A stretch of 64,000 bases of DNA, taken from assembly GCF_963921235.1 (NCBI RefSeq), contig NC_086109.1:3722001-3786000 (forward strand), read 5' to 3'. The notes below the pieces were generated by a model, which searched no databases, was not told the origin of the DNA, and saw only the letters and a list, made by a program, of their open reading frames with translations. This document shows, one piece after another, positions 61,981 to 64,000 of this stretch. Each line of letters starts with the position of its first letter. Within the stretch, counting starts at the first letter, position 1. Origin of the DNA: Mobula hypostoma (taxonomy: Eukaryota). A program made the translations under genes and the position numbers.

Positions 61981-62409
61981 TGCTCTTTTGTAGCTGTGAA
62001 TCCATGAGGTTAGTCCTGTGCCCCATTTTGAATTTATCGAATAATTATTTAGGTTATCTTCTGCTTCCACCATTGGTCTGAAGGTACAAAAGCATGAGAA
62101 TGTGTTCCACCTCACATAAGTACAGCTTCTATGCTGCTGTTAGTAGCCTCTCGATCAGACCTCTTGTGCAATATAGATGAACTCTTGATCTATCTCATCC
62201 TTACCCCCACCCACTTCCACTCAAGAACCTTCTGATCACTGCCTTAAATATACCCAAAGACTTGGTCTCTACAGCCACTTGTGGCAATGAATTCCACAGA
62301 TTCACCACCGTTTGGCAAAAGAAGTTCCTCCTCATCTCTGTTCTCTGATATTCCTTCATCTGAAGTTGTCCCCTCTGGTCCTAGACTTCCCCCAGTAGTG
62401 GAAGCATCA

Positions 62410-62905
62410 AGAATCATAGAAACATAGAAAACCTACAGCACAATACAGGCCCTTCACCCGACAAAGCTGTGCCGAACAAGTCCTTACTTTAGAAATTACC
62501 TGAGGTTGCCCATAGCCCTCTATTTTTCTGAGCTCCATGTACCTGTCCAGGAGCCTCTTAAAAGACCCTATCGTATCCACCTCCACCACCATTGCCGACA
62601 GCCCATTCCACGCACTCACCACTCTCTGCGTAAAAAACTTACCCCTGATATCTCCTCTGTACCTACTTCCAAGCATTTTATAAATGTGCCCCTTTGTGCT
62701 AGCCATTTCAGCCCTGGGAAAAATCCTCTGACTATCCACACGATCAATGCCTCTCATCATCTTATGCACCTCTATCAGGTCACCTCTCATCCTCCGTCAC
62801 CGCAAGGAAAAAAGGCCGAGTTCACTCGACCAATTCTCATAGGGCATGCTCCCCAATCCCGGCAACATACTTGTAAATCTCCCCTGCACCCTTTCTATGG
62901 TTTCC
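62410..62905 (-). mobile_element. CR1 3' fragment
   Basis: MRGDLIEVHKMMRGIDRVDSQRIFPR..KFFTQRVVSAWNGL. Confidence 0.85.
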
Positions 62906-63084
62906 GCATCGGGGGGCTAACAGTCAGCCTCCAGTGAAGATTCAGTTCAATGTGATAGGGTACAGATGGACTGATTGAGCAATGTTTAATCTTAATCTAG
63001 CTACTCTCTGACCAAAATCTGCAGACAATAGGAGCATTTAAGAGACTCTTAGACAGGCACATGGATTAATAAAACTGGTGGGGG

Positions 63085-63780
63085 GGGGCACGGTAGTGTA
63101 GTGTTTAGCATGATGCTTTACAGTACCGGCAACCCGGGTTCAATTCCCGCCACTGGCTGTAGAGAGATTGTACATTCTCCCTGTGACCGAGTGGGCATCC
63201 TCCCACAGTCCGAAGATATGCCATTTGGTATATGTTTAGAAAGCATGCATTATGATCAGAGATTAAGGGAGCTAGGGCTTTACTCTTTGGAGAGAAGGAG
63301 GATAAGAGGAAATATGATAGAGGTGTACAAGATATTAAGAGGAATCGATGGAGTGGATAGCCAGCGCCTCTTCCCCAGAGCACCACTGCTCAATACAAGA
63401 GGACATGGCTTTAAGGTAAGGGGTGGGAAGTTCAAGGGGGATATTAGAGGAAGGTTTTTAACTCAGAGAGTGGTTGGTGCGTGGAATGCACTGCCTGAGT
63501 CAGCGGTGGAGGCAGATACACTAGTGAAGTTTAAGAGACTACTAGGCAGGTATATGGAGGAACTTAAGGTGGGGGGTTATATGGGAGGCAGGGTTTGAGG
63601 GTCGGCACAACATTGTGGGCCGAAGGGCCTGTACTGTGCTGTACTATTCTATGTTCTATGTAGGTTAATTGGTCATTGTAAATTATGATTAGGCTGTGGT
63701 TAAATCAGGCAGTGCAGCTCAAAGGGCTGGAAGGGCCTATTCTGCATTGTATCCCAGTATAATAAAAAAACGTATTAAAA
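63085..63780 (+). mobile_element. V-SINE interrupted by a CR1 3' fragment (about 63231-63660)
   Basis: SINE head and V domain at 63085-63230, CR1 peptide LRELGLYSLERRRIRGNMIEVYKI..., SINE resumes with taggttaattggtcattgtaaatt. Confidence 0.8.
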
Positions 63781-63925
63781 AGTGGAGGACTCTGGCCTGT
63801 GTAGGAGAGAAGGGTTAGATTTATAAAGGTCAGAAAAACATTGTGGGCTGGGGGGTTTGTACTGTAAGTTACGTTTGGGATGTTCACTGCACAGGCAGTC
63901 TCATGCTTGTACCCTGTCTCTGCAG

Positions 63926-64000
63926 TGCACCTGTACAAGTGCGATGCCCTGAGGGAGAGCTGTGGTCTCTGCCTGAAGGCCAATCAGAAGTTTGAGTGCG
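63926..64000 (+). CDS. plxna2: Plexin-A2-like internal exon (PSI3), truncated by window end
   Basis: tctctgcag| acceptor; (V)[24 protein letters not shown]; phase 1 start fits the previous exon. Confidence 0.93.

Overview
Vertebrate genomic DNA, most likely a cartilaginous fish (inferred from V-domain tRNA-SINEs and HER1/CR1-type LINEs typical of sharks and rays). The whole window lies inside one + strand gene, a class A plexin (best match plexin-A2). Seven internal coding exons (124, 154, 97, 115, 201, 97 and a truncated 75 nt) have GT-AG boundaries with compatible phases and splice into one open frame covering PSI1-IPT1-PSI2-IPT2-PSI3. The introns are dense with transposable elements: CR1 and Rex1/Babar LINE fragments, V-SINEs, a near-intact Penelope-like (GIY-YIG) 3' half with a minimal hammerhead ribozyme and many hammerhead-bearing derivatives, a frameshift-free Vingi/Ingi-like LINE, Harbinger, hAT and Tc1 MITEs, and several minisatellites. 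The most unusual structures are the hammerhead-bearing Penelope family inside the plexin pre-mRNA, a ~530-bp composite element bounded by two tiny Tc1-like MITEs (two inverted copies), and modular non-autonomous retroelements sharing structured domains. All family assignments are from recalled motifs, not database searches, and many repeat boundaries are approximate.
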